This document shows, in pieces, positions 47,200 to 56,910 of a stretch of 64,000 bases of DNA. Positions within the stretch are counted from its first letter, which is position 1; each line of letters starts with the position of its first letter. A model generated the notes under the pieces. That model was not told the origin of the DNA and did not search any database. It saw nothing but the letters and a program-made list of their open reading frames with translations. Source of the stretch: an uncultured delta proteobacterium (GTDB taxonomy: Bacteria; Myxococcota_A; UBA9160; UBA4427); contig CAWGJT010000010.1 of assembly GCA_963822965.1 (NCBI GenBank), positions 64,001 through 128,000 on the forward strand, given 5' to 3'. The position numbers were made by a program, and so were the translations under genes.

Positions 47200-48696
47200 C
47201 TAGGGGAAGCCCGCGCCCGGGGGCTCCTCCTCGAGCTTCTCGGCGGCGGCCGCCTTGGCGACGTCCTTCAGCTCGCGCAGGGCCTCTCCCAGGTAGTCGA
47301 TCAGGTCCCAGACGTCGGGCACCAGCTCGCGGCAGGTGACGATGCCGAAGTCGAGGCTTCCGTTGTAGCTCTGCACCGTGATGTTCAGCCCGACGCCGTC
47401 GTTGATCGCCGACACCGGGTAGTTGGCCACCAGCTTCGCCCCGACGCTGTAGAGCGGAAACTGCGGGCCGGGGACGTTGGAGATCACCACGTTGAACGGG
47501 ACGTCGACGAGATTGGCGACGGTGGCTCGCGCGATGACCCGAGCCGCGCGCGCAGCCACGGCGGGCGGGGCGAACTGGGCGAAGTCCTGCAGCAGGTCGG
47601 CCGGCAGCGCCCTGAGCTGCTCCTTCGCGACGCGCATGGATTCGTGGATGCGCTCGAGACGCTTGCGCGGGTCGGCCACGTCGGTGTGAAGCGACGCCGA
47701 CATCGCCGAGACCTGGTTGCCGAAGGTCCCTTGCTGCTCTTCGGTGCGGACGGAGACGGGCACCATGGCCACCAGCGGGTCGGCGGGCAGCTGCCGGTGC
47801 TCCTTCAGGTAGTGGCGGAGGGCGCCGGCGCACAGGGCCATCACCACGTCGTTCACGGTGACGCCGAACTGCTTCTTGATCTCCTTGACGTCCGCCAGGT
47901 CGAGGGAGCCGAACGCGAAGCGCCGGTGCGGCGTGATCTCGGCGTTGAACGGCGTGCGGGGCGCCTTCGTGGGCGCTTCCGACATCATCGGGTCGGGCTT
48001 GCGTCCCAGCGCGCGGTTGATGAGCTGGGTGCCGGGCACGTCGCCCAGGCCCAGGCTGCGGGTCAGCTCGGGCAGGTGGCGGACGGCCTGCCGTCCCACG
48101 CGAATCGCCTTGCGCGGGGTGCCCATCACGCTCCACAGCCCTCGGGCCAGCATCTCCACCTGGGTGGGGATGGGATCCGGCCGCCAGCCCCGTCGCGGGG
48201 GATCGACCCGGCGCGGCTCGGGGGTGACGTCGAGCAGGGTCGTGAGCAGCTCGGCCCCCGAGACGCCGTCGATCGCGCAGTGGTGGATCTTCGTCAGCTG
48301 CGCGACGTAGCCCCCTTCGAGGCCTTCGATGACGTAGAGCTCCCACAAGGGCCGGCTGCGATCCAGCGGCCGCGCGACGATGCGCGACACCTGCTCGGCC
48401 AGCTGACGGGAGTCTCCCGGCGGCGGGAGCCCCATGTGCCGCACGTGGAAGTCCAGGTCGAAGTCCGGATCCTCGATCCAGTAGGGATGGTCGATGCCGA
48501 AGGGCACCTCCACCAGCCGGCGGCGGTAGGGTGGCAGCAGGTGGATTCGCTGCTGGATGAGGTTCTTCACGTCCTCGAGCGTGGGCGGCACCGAGGCCGT
48601 GGAGGGGTCGAAGATGGCGAGCCCACAGATGTGCCCGTAGGTGGTCGCCGTCTCCATGTTGAGGAAGCTCGTGTCGAGGCCGGTCAGCTGTTGCAT
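47200..48696 (-). CDS. Wax ester/triacylglycerol synthase (WS/DGAT) O-acyltransferase
   Basis: MQQLTGLDTSFL.ME, W..DPDFDLDFHV, LDRSRPLWE, catalytic HHCAIDG, TVNDVV, NVVISNVPGP. Confidence 0.93.
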   Translation of the reverse strand: MQQLTGLDTSFLNMETATTYGHICGLAIFDPSTASVPPTLEDVKNLIQQRIHLLPPYRRRLVEVPFGIDHPYWIEDPDFDLDFHVRHMGLPPPGDSRQLAEQVSRIVARPLDRSRPLWELYVIEGLEGGYVAQLTKIHHCAIDGVSGAELLTTLLDVTPEPRRVDPPRRGWRPDPIPTQVEMLARGLWSVMGTPRKAIRVGRQAVRHLPELTRSLGLGDVPGTQLINRALGRKPDPMMSEAPTKAPRTPFNAEITPHRRFAFGSLDLADVKEIKKQFGVTVNDVVMALCAGALRHYLKEHRQLPADPLVAMVPVSVRTEEQQGTFGNQVSAMSASLHTDVADPRKRLERIHESMRVAKEQLRALPADLLQDFAQFAPPAVAARAARVIARATVANLVDVPFNVVISNVPGPQFPLYSVGAKLVANYPVSAINDGVGLNITVQSYNGSLDFGIVTCRELVPDVWDLIDYLGEALRELKDVAKAAAAEKLEEEPPGAGFP

Positions 48697-48721
48697 GGGC
48701 TCCCTCGGGTCTGCGCGTCGG

Positions 48722-48861
48722 GGCGTATGCGCGTATGGAGTGGCGTATGCGCGTATGGAGTGGCGTATGCGCGTATGGAGTGGCGTATGCGCGTATGGAG
48801 TGGCGTATGCGCGTATGGAGTGGCGTATGCGCGTATGGAGTGGCGTATGCGCGTATGGAGT
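48722..48861. repeat. Perfect intergenic tandem repeat, 20-bp unit GGCGTATGCGCGTATGGAGT x7
   Basis: Directly visible; no spacers. Confidence 0.97.
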
Positions 48862-48875
48862 AGAGGTGTAGCGGC

Positions 48876-49808
48876 TCAGTACCAGTCGACCCCGTCGATG
48901 GAGTTGAGGATCTTCTCCTTGCGGCCCACCACGACGAACAGGCCTTCACCGAAGGTCACGCCCTCGAGCCGGCGGGTCGTCCCCGAGTCGCGGCGGGTGT
49001 AGTCGATGCCGTCCGGCGAGGTGAGGATCACCCCGTGGCGGCCGACGACCACGTAGAGGCCGTTCGCGTAGGTGACGTCGTTCAGGTTGTGGGTGACCGG
49101 GGACGTCTCCTGGGTCCAGGTGATGGCGTCGGGAGAGGTCAGGATGGTGCCCAGGTCGCCGACGGCGACGTAGAGGCCGTCTCCCCAGGAGACGCCGCGC
49201 AGGGTGACCGTGGTGCCGGAGGTCTCCTGGGTCCAGACCTGGCCGTCGGGCGACGTGATGATCCTGCCGCCGGTTCCCACGGCGACGAAGATGCCATCAC
49301 CGTAGACCACCTCGTCGAGGTCTTCGTTCGTGCCGCTGTCTTCGGGGGCCCAGGCGCCGGCGTTGGTGGAGCTGAACGCGCGCCCGTCGTTGCCGACGAG
49401 CACGTAGACCCCGTTGCCGTAGGCGGCGCCCCGGATCGTGCGATTGGTGGAGAGGAGCTGCACGAACCAGACGGCCGAGTCCCTCGACGTGAAGACGACG
49501 CCCTGACCGCCCCCGGCGAACCAGATCCCGTCTCCGAACGCGACCGTCCGCAGGGGGCTGCAGCAGCTGTTCGTCTGGAGCCAGAACTGCGAGCCGTTGG
49601 CGGAGTTCGCCACCGAGTAGTCCTCGCCGACGGTGACGAAGGCGCCGTCCGCGTACTCCACCGCGTAGAGGTTGATCTTGTCGTCGTCGTAGTCGTCGTC
49701 GCAGCCGCCCGCGAGCTGGGACAGCCCGAAGGCCAGGACGCAGCAGAAGCCGAGAAGAGCCCCCCGGCCGGAGCGCTGCTCGACACCTTTCAGACTCGGA
49801 TTCACCAC
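48876..49808 (-). CDS. Lipoprotein with BNR/WD40-like beta-propeller repeats
   Basis: Hydrophobic leader ending LAGG-C; about 7 repeats of L..V.(Y/W/F)G.G.(F/Y)V.VG..G.I.TS.DG..W; start uncertain. Confidence 0.8.
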   Translation of the reverse strand: MVNPSLKGVEQRSGRGALLGFCCVLAFGLSQLAGGCDDDYDDDKINLYAVEYADGAFVTVGEDYSVANSANGSQFWLQTNSCCSPLRTVAFGDGIWFAGGGQGVVFTSRDSAVWFVQLLSTNRTIRGAAYGNGVYVLVGNDGRAFSSTNAGAWAPEDSGTNEDLDEVVYGDGIFVAVGTGGRIITSPDGQVWTQETSGTTVTLRGVSWGDGLYVAVGDLGTILTSPDAITWTQETSPVTHNLNDVTYANGLYVVVGRHGVILTSPDGIDYTRRDSGTTRRLEGVTFGEGLFVVVGRKEKILNSIDGVDWY

Positions 49809-49989
49809 GCTGTAGGAATACTCTGCCCGCGGCCGGACCGTCAAGCGGAGCGGGGCTCCGGTGCCCGATCGGCCATTCGACCGAGTGTCGAGGCGCCGCC
49901 TGCGGGGGAGCGCGCCTCGCCGGCTCCCGTGGGCCGGGCACGGCGGCGCGCCATCAATCCGCCGGCACGATCCGCCGATGGGCCTCTGC

Positions 49990-50364
49990 ATGGACTCCGC
50001 GATCGACCCTGCGATCCTCCTCATCGCCGGCGGCCTGGTGGGCCTGGGGCTCGTGTGGGTCCTCGTTCGCTGGAAGGGCGTCGGTCGCCGTCGCCAGGAC
50101 CTGGTGGTGGTGTTCGAGCTGCAGCTGCCTTCCAAGTGGGCGGCCGAGCTCACGGCGCAGACCCTCGCGAACGACGGCATCCAATCGCGGATCCTGCGCA
50201 AGGGCGGGGACTGGCGGTGCTACGTCACGAAGAGCCTGGGCAGCGACCGGAGCCAGGTGGACGCCACCTGCCGCAAGCTGAACCAGATCGCGGCGGCGCG
50301 CGGGGGCGGCTGCGCGGCCCACCGGGTGAAGCTGGGCGCACGCACCGCGGTGTTCGAGCACTAG
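49990..50364 (+). CDS. Small membrane-anchored protein, possibly RraB-like alpha/beta domain
   Basis: N-terminal TM; pattern F...AAE....L...G.....W.C.V.......L..IA...GG resembles the RraB family by eye. Confidence 0.5.
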   Translation: MDSAIDPAILLIAGGLVGLGLVWVLVRWKGVGRRRQDLVVVFELQLPSKWAAELTAQTLANDGIQSRILRKGGDWRCYVTKSLGSDRSQVDATCRKLNQIAAARGGGCAAHRVKLGARTAVFEH

Positions 50365-50388
50365 GTCAGGAGCGCGACCCGGGTCCGG

Positions 50389-51648
50389 TCAGCTGGCGAG
50401 CTCCTTCCGCTCGCGGACCAGGGTCTTGATCCGCTCCAGCAGGCCGCTGGTGTCTCCCTTGATGGCCAGCTCGAGGCTCGCGTTGATCTCCTCGAGCTCG
50501 TCGGTCGTCTCGGCCAGGGTCTCGGCCATGCGGTCGAAGGATTCGCCGAGCACCGCGAACTCGTCGCGGCGGGCCGGCATTCCGACGCGCGCCGATCGTT
50601 CGCCGCGCGCGTAGGCCTCGACCGCCTCGAGCAGCCGCGCCAGCGAGTCGCGCACCTGCGCGCCGAGGGAGACGGCGAGGAACAGGGCGATGACCACCGC
50701 GAGAAGCACCGCGCCGGAGCTCGCGAGCCGCGCCGTCCGCTGGGCGTCGCGCACCGTGGCGGCGGCCTCCTCGAAGCGGGCCCGCGACGCTTCCACCGCG
50801 GTCAGGATGAGGGGGACGATGGTCTCCTGCTCGCGGGCCAGGGTGCCGCGAAGCCCGTCTCCCGAGGATCGGCCGATGCGATCGTCGAGCTCGAGCAGCC
50901 GCGACCAGGCCGTCTCGTAGTCGGCGATGCGGGTGCGAAGCTCGGCCGCCGTCTTCTCGTTCCCGGCCGCGAGCTTGCCCATCTCTTCCCGCAGGATCTC
51001 GAGGCGCTCGCCGACCAGGAACCGGGGGCGGTTGTCGAGGTCGCGCAGGTAGTCGCCCTGGTCGCGCACGAGCTCCAGCAGCTCGGCCCGCAGCGGCGCG
51101 CGCCGGCGCTCGGGGAGACCCGCGAGCAGGTCCTGGAGCTCGAAGCTCGTCCGGCGCATCGTGCCGAGCTGTCCGCTGTAGAGCGAGCCGCGCTCGCGAT
51201 ACAGCGAGACCAGCTCCTCGAAGGCCTTGCCGTAGCGCTCCGACGCCTGTCGGATGGCTTCGAGGCCGAGGTCCGAGCCGGCGCCCGCAGGCGCCGCGGG
51301 CTCTTCGAGAGAGCGCTCGAGCCGGCCGAGGAGCCGGTCGAGCTCGGCCCAGCTGGCCCGATGCCGCTCGAGCGCCGGCGAGTCGCCCGTCTGGAAGAAG
51401 GTCGGCGTGCGCAGATCCTCGAGCAGGAACTCCTGTCCGGCGGTCCGAGCGGCCGCGAGCTGGATCTGGACCTCCCGGAAGCCGTCGAGGGTCGAGAGGG
51501 CCTCCTGGGAGCGATCGAGCGCCGAGGCCACCCGGTGCTCGGTGCCCAGGATCGCCAGAAGCCCCAGCAGCGTGGTGGCCACGAGGATGGCCAGGCCGAG
51601 CCGAAGCCGGGACACGAAGGAATGGCGCAAACTCTGCAACATGGACAT
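50389..51648 (-). CDS. Two-TM sensor-like protein: large helical periplasmic domain + HAMP, no output domain
   Basis: TM1 near the N-terminus, about 280-aa helical region, TM2, HAMP (LARLLEAVEAYARGE...RRDEFAVLGESFDRMAETL), short coiled-coil tail. Confidence 0.8.
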   Translation of the reverse strand: MSMLQSLRHSFVSRLRLGLAILVATTLLGLLAILGTEHRVASALDRSQEALSTLDGFREVQIQLAAARTAGQEFLLEDLRTPTFFQTGDSPALERHRASWAELDRLLGRLERSLEEPAAPAGAGSDLGLEAIRQASERYGKAFEELVSLYRERGSLYSGQLGTMRRTSFELQDLLAGLPERRRAPLRAELLELVRDQGDYLRDLDNRPRFLVGERLEILREEMGKLAAGNEKTAAELRTRIADYETAWSRLLELDDRIGRSSGDGLRGTLAREQETIVPLILTAVEASRARFEEAAATVRDAQRTARLASSGAVLLAVVIALFLAVSLGAQVRDSLARLLEAVEAYARGERSARVGMPARRDEFAVLGESFDRMAETLAETTDELEEINASLELAIKGDTSGLLERIKTLVRERKELAS

Positions 51649-52121
51649 CCGCACCCTCTGAGCAGCTACTGCGGGTAGACCGCGATCCGCGGAATTTCGT
51701 CGGCCCGGGGCTCGACCCTCCTGGCCCGGCTCGTCGGGCCGGATCCCGTGGACCGCCTCGCCCGCGCGTCGTCGTGCATCGGGCGAACCGGGGCTTGCCT
51801 TGACCCCCGTCGAGGGGCCTTGGGTACGTCGAGCCGCACGTCTCGAGATGCTGGAATGGGTACTGCCGACCGTCGATCGGGGGTGGGAACCCACGATCGA
51901 CGACGCGGCGGGGTGGATTGCATGCGCTCCGTCCCGGGCTCCGGACCCGGCTCGCGTGCCGTCGTGATTACTGTCACCAGGTCTCCGTTCGTCTCGCCGA
52001 CAAGATGCCCAGGGGCGCGTGTCACAGGGAGTGCGCGTCCATTCCAAACGACGACCAGGGCGACGAGCCGAGTTCGCGCAGGCGACTGGACGAATCGGAC
52101 GGGCGACCGAAGGAGGGCAGG

Positions 52122-52721
52122 ATGGCGCTCAAGGACTTCATGGCGAGGGGCGAGCGAGGGATCGAGACGACGACGGCGAACGCGAGTGCACCGAAGGTGG
52201 AGCCCCCCCGGCCCACGCTGGCCGCCTCGCCTGCGCCGCGCACGGTGGCGCCTTCGACCAGTGTGGATGCGTCGACGGAGCTCGAGGGCCGGCTGCGGTG
52301 CAAGGAGACCCTGCGCATCGACGGACAGATCAGGGGTGAGATCGAGTGCGACAAGACGGTCCTGGTGGGCGAGGGGGCCCGGGTTCTCGCCAGCATCACG
52401 GCCGACGAGGTGCAGATCTCGGGCATCGTCGAGGGCGACATCATCGCTCGGCGCAAGATCACCCTGGCGCGCACGGCCGCGGTGAAGGGCGACCTCACCA
52501 CGCCCGGCATCGTGATCGAAGAGGGCGCGAAGCTGCAGGGCCGGATCGTGATCGGCTCGGACGCAGAGCCCGTGACGGCCGCGAAGACGGATCCGAAGAT
52601 GGACGCCGCAAAGAGCGACGACAAGATGGACGAGAAGAAGTCCTCGCCCTCCCGGAAGCCGACGACGTCGGTTCCGAAGAGCGAGTCGCCGTCCTCCCAG
52701 CCGGTGGCCGCTTCCGCCTAG
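52122..52721 (+). CDS. Bactofilin (polymer-forming cytoskeletal protein)
   Basis: RBS AGGAGG; TSVDASTELEGRL....LRIDGQIRGEI.C...V.VGEGARV...I.A..V.ISG.VEGDI......L...A.VKGDL.TPGIVIEEGAKLQGRI. Confidence 0.92.
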   Translation: MALKDFMARGERGIETTTANASAPKVEPPRPTLAASPAPRTVAPSTSVDASTELEGRLRCKETLRIDGQIRGEIECDKTVLVGEGARVLASITADEVQISGIVEGDIIARRKITLARTAAVKGDLTTPGIVIEEGAKLQGRIVIGSDAEPVTAAKTDPKMDAAKSDDKMDEKKSSPSRKPTTSVPKSESPSSQPVAASA

Positions 52722-53030
52722 CAGGCCGACCCAGGAGCGCGCCCAAGACTTCGTCTTGGGTCGTGCTCCTGGGAGGGCGAGCTCCGAAACCCTACCGCTG
52801 CTCTTCCCGCGCCCCGCGCGCAAGCAGGTAGGCGCCCGCGCCGAGGGCAATCGCGATACCGGGTGCGGGCCATCGGATCGCGATCCACGCCGCGGCCATG
52901 ACTGCCAGCGCGACGCATGCGCCGACCAGTCGGGCCGCGGTCTCTCGACGGCTTGCGAAGGGAGCCCGTTGGGCTCCCTTCGCGGCGGAGCCGCGACCCA
53001 GGACTTCGTCTCGGGTCGCTCTCCTGGCGC
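52718..53030. repeat. Cluster of REP-like hairpins between convergent genes (possible terminators)
   Basis: CCCAGGAGCGCGCCCAAGAC-TTC-GTCTTGGGTCGTGCTCCTGGG; perfect GCGAAGGGAGCCC-GTT-GGGCTCCCTTCGC (52955-52983); GCGACCCAGGAC-TTC-GTCTCGGGTCGC. Confidence 0.7.
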
Positions 53031-53051
53031 GCTCCACGTCGAGAGGCTCGT

Positions 53052-53378
53052 TCAGACGGTGTCGTCGTCGTTCGGTGGGCCCTCGTTCGAGGGATCGTCC
53101 GCCGGGTGATGCCGCTGGTAGAGCTCGAGGTACTCCGCCATGGACGTCACGCCGTCCGCGTTGGCGTCCGTCTCCTCGAAGGAGACCCCGTATCGCTCCA
53201 GCCCGGCCTCCACGTACTCGTCCCGGCTGAGGGCGCCGTCCCGGTCCTGGTCGGCCATGTCGAAGATGTGCTGGACGACGGAATCTCCCCCGCAGTGCCC
53301 CCCTCCGGCCGTGGCGACCAGGGGAACGGCGGCGCTCGCGGCGACGGCACCTGCGGCGACGAAGAGATGGAGACGCAT
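53052..53378 (-). CDS. Small secreted EF-hand calcium-binding protein
   Basis: Signal peptide; DQDRDGALSRDEY and DANADGVTSMAEY loops. Confidence 0.82.
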   Translation of the reverse strand: MRLHLFVAAGAVAASAAVPLVATAGGGHCGGDSVVQHIFDMADQDRDGALSRDEYVEAGLERYGVSFEETDANADGVTSMAEYLELYQRHHPADDPSNEGPPNDDDTV

Positions 53379-53540
53379 GGCTTGGGTCCTCGCTCCGGGC
53401 GGTGTGTGTTGGAGGTCGAGTCTTCACGATCGGTTCGAATCGAGCCCTCCGAATGGACAGAGGAATAGCCGATGCCCGGGGGACTCCAAGCCGAGGCCGT
53501 CCTTCGCGGCGACCGGGGAGACTCCGGTACGCTGGTCGCG

Positions 53541-54332
53541 ATGCACAGGATCGCACCCCTCCTCGCCACGCTCGTCGTCGCGGCCGGGGCGGCTGCCGAT
53601 CCGCCGTCCGCGACCCCGCTCTCCGCGGACCGCCCGGGGGTCGCCAACCCGCCAGACGTCGTCGCGACCGGCGGGGTCCAGCTCGAGGGCGGGCTCTCGT
53701 TCCAGCGCGAGACGCAGGGGCGGCCGAACGTGAACACCGTCACGGTGCCCCAGGGCCTGCTGCGGGTGGGTCTGCCGTACTCCCTCGAGCTTCGCGTCTC
53801 GGCGGGCGGCTACGTGCTCGACGAGCGCAGCGGCGGACACGACCGCTCGAGCGGTAGCGATCTCGTGGTCGGAGGCCGCGCGGCCCTGCTCGACCAACGG
53901 GGTCTGCGCCCCGCGACCGCCTTCGAGCTCGACCTGAGCCTTCCGACCGGCAGCCGGGCGGTGACCAGCGACGGTGTCGACCCGAGCGGGCTCCTGCTGC
54001 TGGAGTGGGCGCTAGGCGATCGCTTGGTGCTCGACGGCAATCTCGGGCTCGCGTCGGTGAGTCAGGGCGTGCACGACTCGGGCCGTGCCTTCCAGGTGGC
54101 GCCAGCCCTCTCCCTGGGCGCTTCCCTCGGCGCGCGCGCCAACGTCTTCGTCGAGTACTACGCCACCCTCAGCGATGATGGCGTGGCCGACCAGCACGCC
54201 ATCGACGGCGGTGTCAGCTGGCAGGTCGGCGACGATCTGCAGCTCGACGTCTCGGCGAGCGCCGGCCTGAACGAGGCGGCACCCGACTTCTCCGTCTCCG
54301 CGGGGGCGGCCTGGCGCTTCTTCCTGCCCTGA
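53541..54332 (+). CDS. Outer-membrane beta-barrel 'transporter' (phenol MetA/ZMO1694-like family)
   Basis: Signal peptide; ADRPG.ANPPDVV..G.VQLEGG, LLRVGL...LELR, LSLPTG, DLQLDVSA..GL, aromatic C-terminus WRF. Confidence 0.78.
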   Translation: MHRIAPLLATLVVAAGAAADPPSATPLSADRPGVANPPDVVATGGVQLEGGLSFQRETQGRPNVNTVTVPQGLLRVGLPYSLELRVSAGGYVLDERSGGHDRSSGSDLVVGGRAALLDQRGLRPATAFELDLSLPTGSRAVTSDGVDPSGLLLLEWALGDRLVLDGNLGLASVSQGVHDSGRAFQVAPALSLGASLGARANVFVEYYATLSDDGVADQHAIDGGVSWQVGDDLQLDVSASAGLNEAAPDFSVSAGAAWRFFLP

Positions 54333-54519
54333 GCGGCCGGAAGCGCGACGTGACGCGATCCGACCCAGCTTCCCGGGCACGGAGGGGCGGTCGGACCCAC
54401 GAGCCGCCCGCATCCAGCGCATGCCCGCACACGAGAGCGTTGGTCCCGAATTTGCTTTCCATTCAGCCAGAGGAACGAGCAGAGTGCAGGCGCCAGGCGC
54501 CAGGCGCCGGGGAGCTGGG

Positions 54520-55383
54520 ATGTCACGGGGCACACAGGAGAGGCAGGGGAAGCGAGGGACGCGAGAGGGGAGGCGGGGTACACGAGAGGCAGGCGGGTCG
54601 GTCCGGATTGCAGGTCGGGTGCTTGCCGCCTCGTGCGTGGTGGCTCTGGGCCTCGCTGCGGCGGCTCCCGCGTACGCCAAGCTCTTCGACTACACGGCCA
54701 GCCTCGAGCTGGGCATCGGCTCGATCACGCCCTTCACCATCGAGGCGAACGGGCAGATCGACGTGAGCCCGGACGGGAGCTTCACGTTCCCGGCCGGGAT
54801 CCTGACGACGACGCGCACGCTGGTCCCGCCGCAGACGACCTCCGAGGCGATCGCGAGCGTCGAGTTCCAGATGACCAACGGGGAGGGCACCTTCGGCGGG
54901 CCCGCCACGCCCGGCGGCACCATGAGCCTGAACGGCCAGGCCGTGCTGCACCTGCAGCCGTTCCTGGGCTTCCCGGCGCTCAGCCTCGGCATCTCGCCGC
55001 TGGGCGTGGGCGGAACGGCCACGGTCACGGGCTCGAACGGCTCCACCTCGCTGACCGCCACGCTCACCGGGGCGCCGTGGCAGACCGGAGTCTTCCAGCA
55101 GACGGGGTTCAGCTCGTCCGGAACGTTCTCCCAGCGGACGAACACCGGCGCGGACCTGCGGACGTCTGGCGGCGAGGGGATGGTGACCCTGGTCGTGCCG
55201 GCCTACATCACCACGCGCCGGGAGGGAGTCTTCTCCGACATCAGCCCCATCACGGGCGTGCTCAGCATCACGTTCACCCCCGAGCCAGCGCCGCTGCTGG
55301 CCCACGGCGCGATGCTCGTGGTCGTGGGGATCCTCTACCAGCGGCGCGTCCGTCGGCGACGCGCGGAGGCGGGCTCGGCCTGA
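54520..55383 (+). CDS. PEP-CTERM sorted secreted protein
   Basis: Signal peptide ending AYA; Thr/Gly-rich body; tail FTPEPAPLLAHGAMLVVVGILYQRRVRRRR; start uncertain. Confidence 0.8.
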   Translation: MSRGTQERQGKRGTREGRRGTREAGGSVRIAGRVLAASCVVALGLAAAAPAYAKLFDYTASLELGIGSITPFTIEANGQIDVSPDGSFTFPAGILTTTRTLVPPQTTSEAIASVEFQMTNGEGTFGGPATPGGTMSLNGQAVLHLQPFLGFPALSLGISPLGVGGTATVTGSNGSTSLTATLTGAPWQTGVFQQTGFSSSGTFSQRTNTGADLRTSGGEGMVTLVVPAYITTRREGVFSDISPITGVLSITFTPEPAPLLAHGAMLVVVGILYQRRVRRRRAEAGSA

Positions 55384-55482
55384 ACGAGCCCAGAAGGGGC
55401 AGCCCTTCACCCCCGCGGCCGAACGGCCGATGCGACGGCAAGCGGCCGGGATCGGCCGCGAGCAGCCCGGGGGAGGAGCGCG

Positions 55483-56757
55483 TTGGCCCACGAACGCAGG
55501 CGTCCCGATCGCGCGTCCCGCGGTGCTTCGCGGGCTGCGAGCGCGGATACCCAGGTGCTGACGCGGGGCTTCGACCCGCGGCTGTCGGTGGGCTCGGCGC
55601 GTCCCGCGGTCTTCCGCTCGTCCACCTATGTCTTCTCGTGCCCCGAGGCGGCGGAGCGCGCCTTTGCGGTCGCGCTCGGGAAGGACTCCCCGGCCGCGGG
55701 GGAGGACACCGAGCTCATCTACTCGCGCCTCTCCCATCCCAACGCCCAGATCCTCGAGGACCAGATCGTGCCGCTCGAGCCCGGTGCCAGCGGCGCCGTG
55801 GTCTTCAACTCCGGCATGGCCGCGATCTCGACGTTGTTCCTGACGCTGTGCCGGCCCAGCGCGTCGATCGTCTTCACGGTTCCCCTCTACGGCGGTACAC
55901 ATCACCTGCTGCACGAGCTGCTCGAGCCCTACGGGGTCGTACCCGTGCCGGTTCCAGCGGGCGATTCGGCGGCCCTCGCCCGGGCCATCGCGGACGCACC
56001 CGACCTGGCGCTGGTCTTCATCGAGACGCCCGCCAACCCGACCCTGCGCATGACCGACATCGTCGCGGCCGTGGAGGCGGCCGATCGCCGGGAGCCGCGA
56101 CCGGTGGTGGCGGTGGACAACACGTTCATGGGACCGGTCTTCCAGCACCCACTCGCGCTCGGGGCCGACCTGTGTCTCTACTCGGCGACCAAGTACCTGG
56201 CGGGCTTCAGCGACATGCTGGGGGGCGTCGCCATCGGGGCGGACCCGGAGCTGATCGCGCGGCTCTCGGGAACGCGCGCGATCCTGGGCAACATCCTGCA
56301 GCCCGACGAGTGCTGGCTGCTCGACAGCCGGCTCGCGACCGTCTCGCTGCGCATGAGCCGGCAGTCGAAGAACGCGAGCAGCATCGTCGCCGAGCTGGAG
56401 AAGCACGAGATGGTCGCGCGCATCCACTACCCGGCGTCGTTCTCCGATCCCGAGCAGCGTCGCATCCACGCCGCGCAGTGCGAAGGCCCCGGCGGCATCT
56501 TCGCGCTCGAGCTCGCGGGCGGAAGGAGCACTGCGTTCGAGTTCCTGCGCCGGCTCTCCATCACCCGCAACGCCGTGAGCCTGGGCGGCGTGGAGTCGCT
56601 GGCCTGCCATCCGGCGACGACGACCCACTCGGAGATGACCCGACGGGAGCTCGCGGCGGCCGGCATCGTGCCGGGGCTCGTCCGCATCTCGGTGGGGATC
56701 GAAGACTGGCACGACCTGCTCGACGAGTATCTCGACGCGCTGGACGCCCTGGCGTAG
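55483..56757 (+). CDS. PLP-dependent trans-sulfuration enzyme (cystathionine gamma-synthase/methionine gamma-lyase family)
   Basis: IYSRLSHPN, FNSGMAAI, LYGGT, ETPANPTL, VDNTF, YSATKYL (PLP Lys), AVSLGGVESL, LVRISVGIED. Confidence 0.9.
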   Translation: MAHERRRPDRASRGASRAASADTQVLTRGFDPRLSVGSARPAVFRSSTYVFSCPEAAERAFAVALGKDSPAAGEDTELIYSRLSHPNAQILEDQIVPLEPGASGAVVFNSGMAAISTLFLTLCRPSASIVFTVPLYGGTHHLLHELLEPYGVVPVPVPAGDSAALARAIADAPDLALVFIETPANPTLRMTDIVAAVEAADRREPRPVVAVDNTFMGPVFQHPLALGADLCLYSATKYLAGFSDMLGGVAIGADPELIARLSGTRAILGNILQPDECWLLDSRLATVSLRMSRQSKNASSIVAELEKHEMVARIHYPASFSDPEQRRIHAAQCEGPGGIFALELAGGRSTAFEFLRRLSITRNAVSLGGVESLACHPATTTHSEMTRRELAAAGIVPGLVRISVGIEDWHDLLDEYLDALDALA

Positions 56758-56910
56758 GAGCGACCCGGATCCGAACGAGGACTCGTCAGGGGCGGGAAGC
56801 CGGCTCTTCCGTCGCGGCCGGCGGGGCGGGCCGGTTCGCTTCCAGCTTCCGGACCTCGCGGTCGAGCGAGCTCGCGTCGAGCGCGGCTCCGAACCTGCGA
56901 CCAATCGGAT

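Noticed and set aside
48722..48861. CRISPR array
   Set aside because: Head-to-tail identical units without spacers; no cas genes in the window
47117..48949. ORFs translating the 20-bp repeat (HSIRAYATPYAHTPLHTRIR...)
   Set aside because: Artefact of a stop-free repeat overlapping WS/DGAT out of frame
52792..53040. Possible small membrane protein ending the 52792-53556 ORF
   Set aside because: A hydrophobic stretch exists, but it lies within the hairpin cluster and has no convincing start; at most a gene remnant
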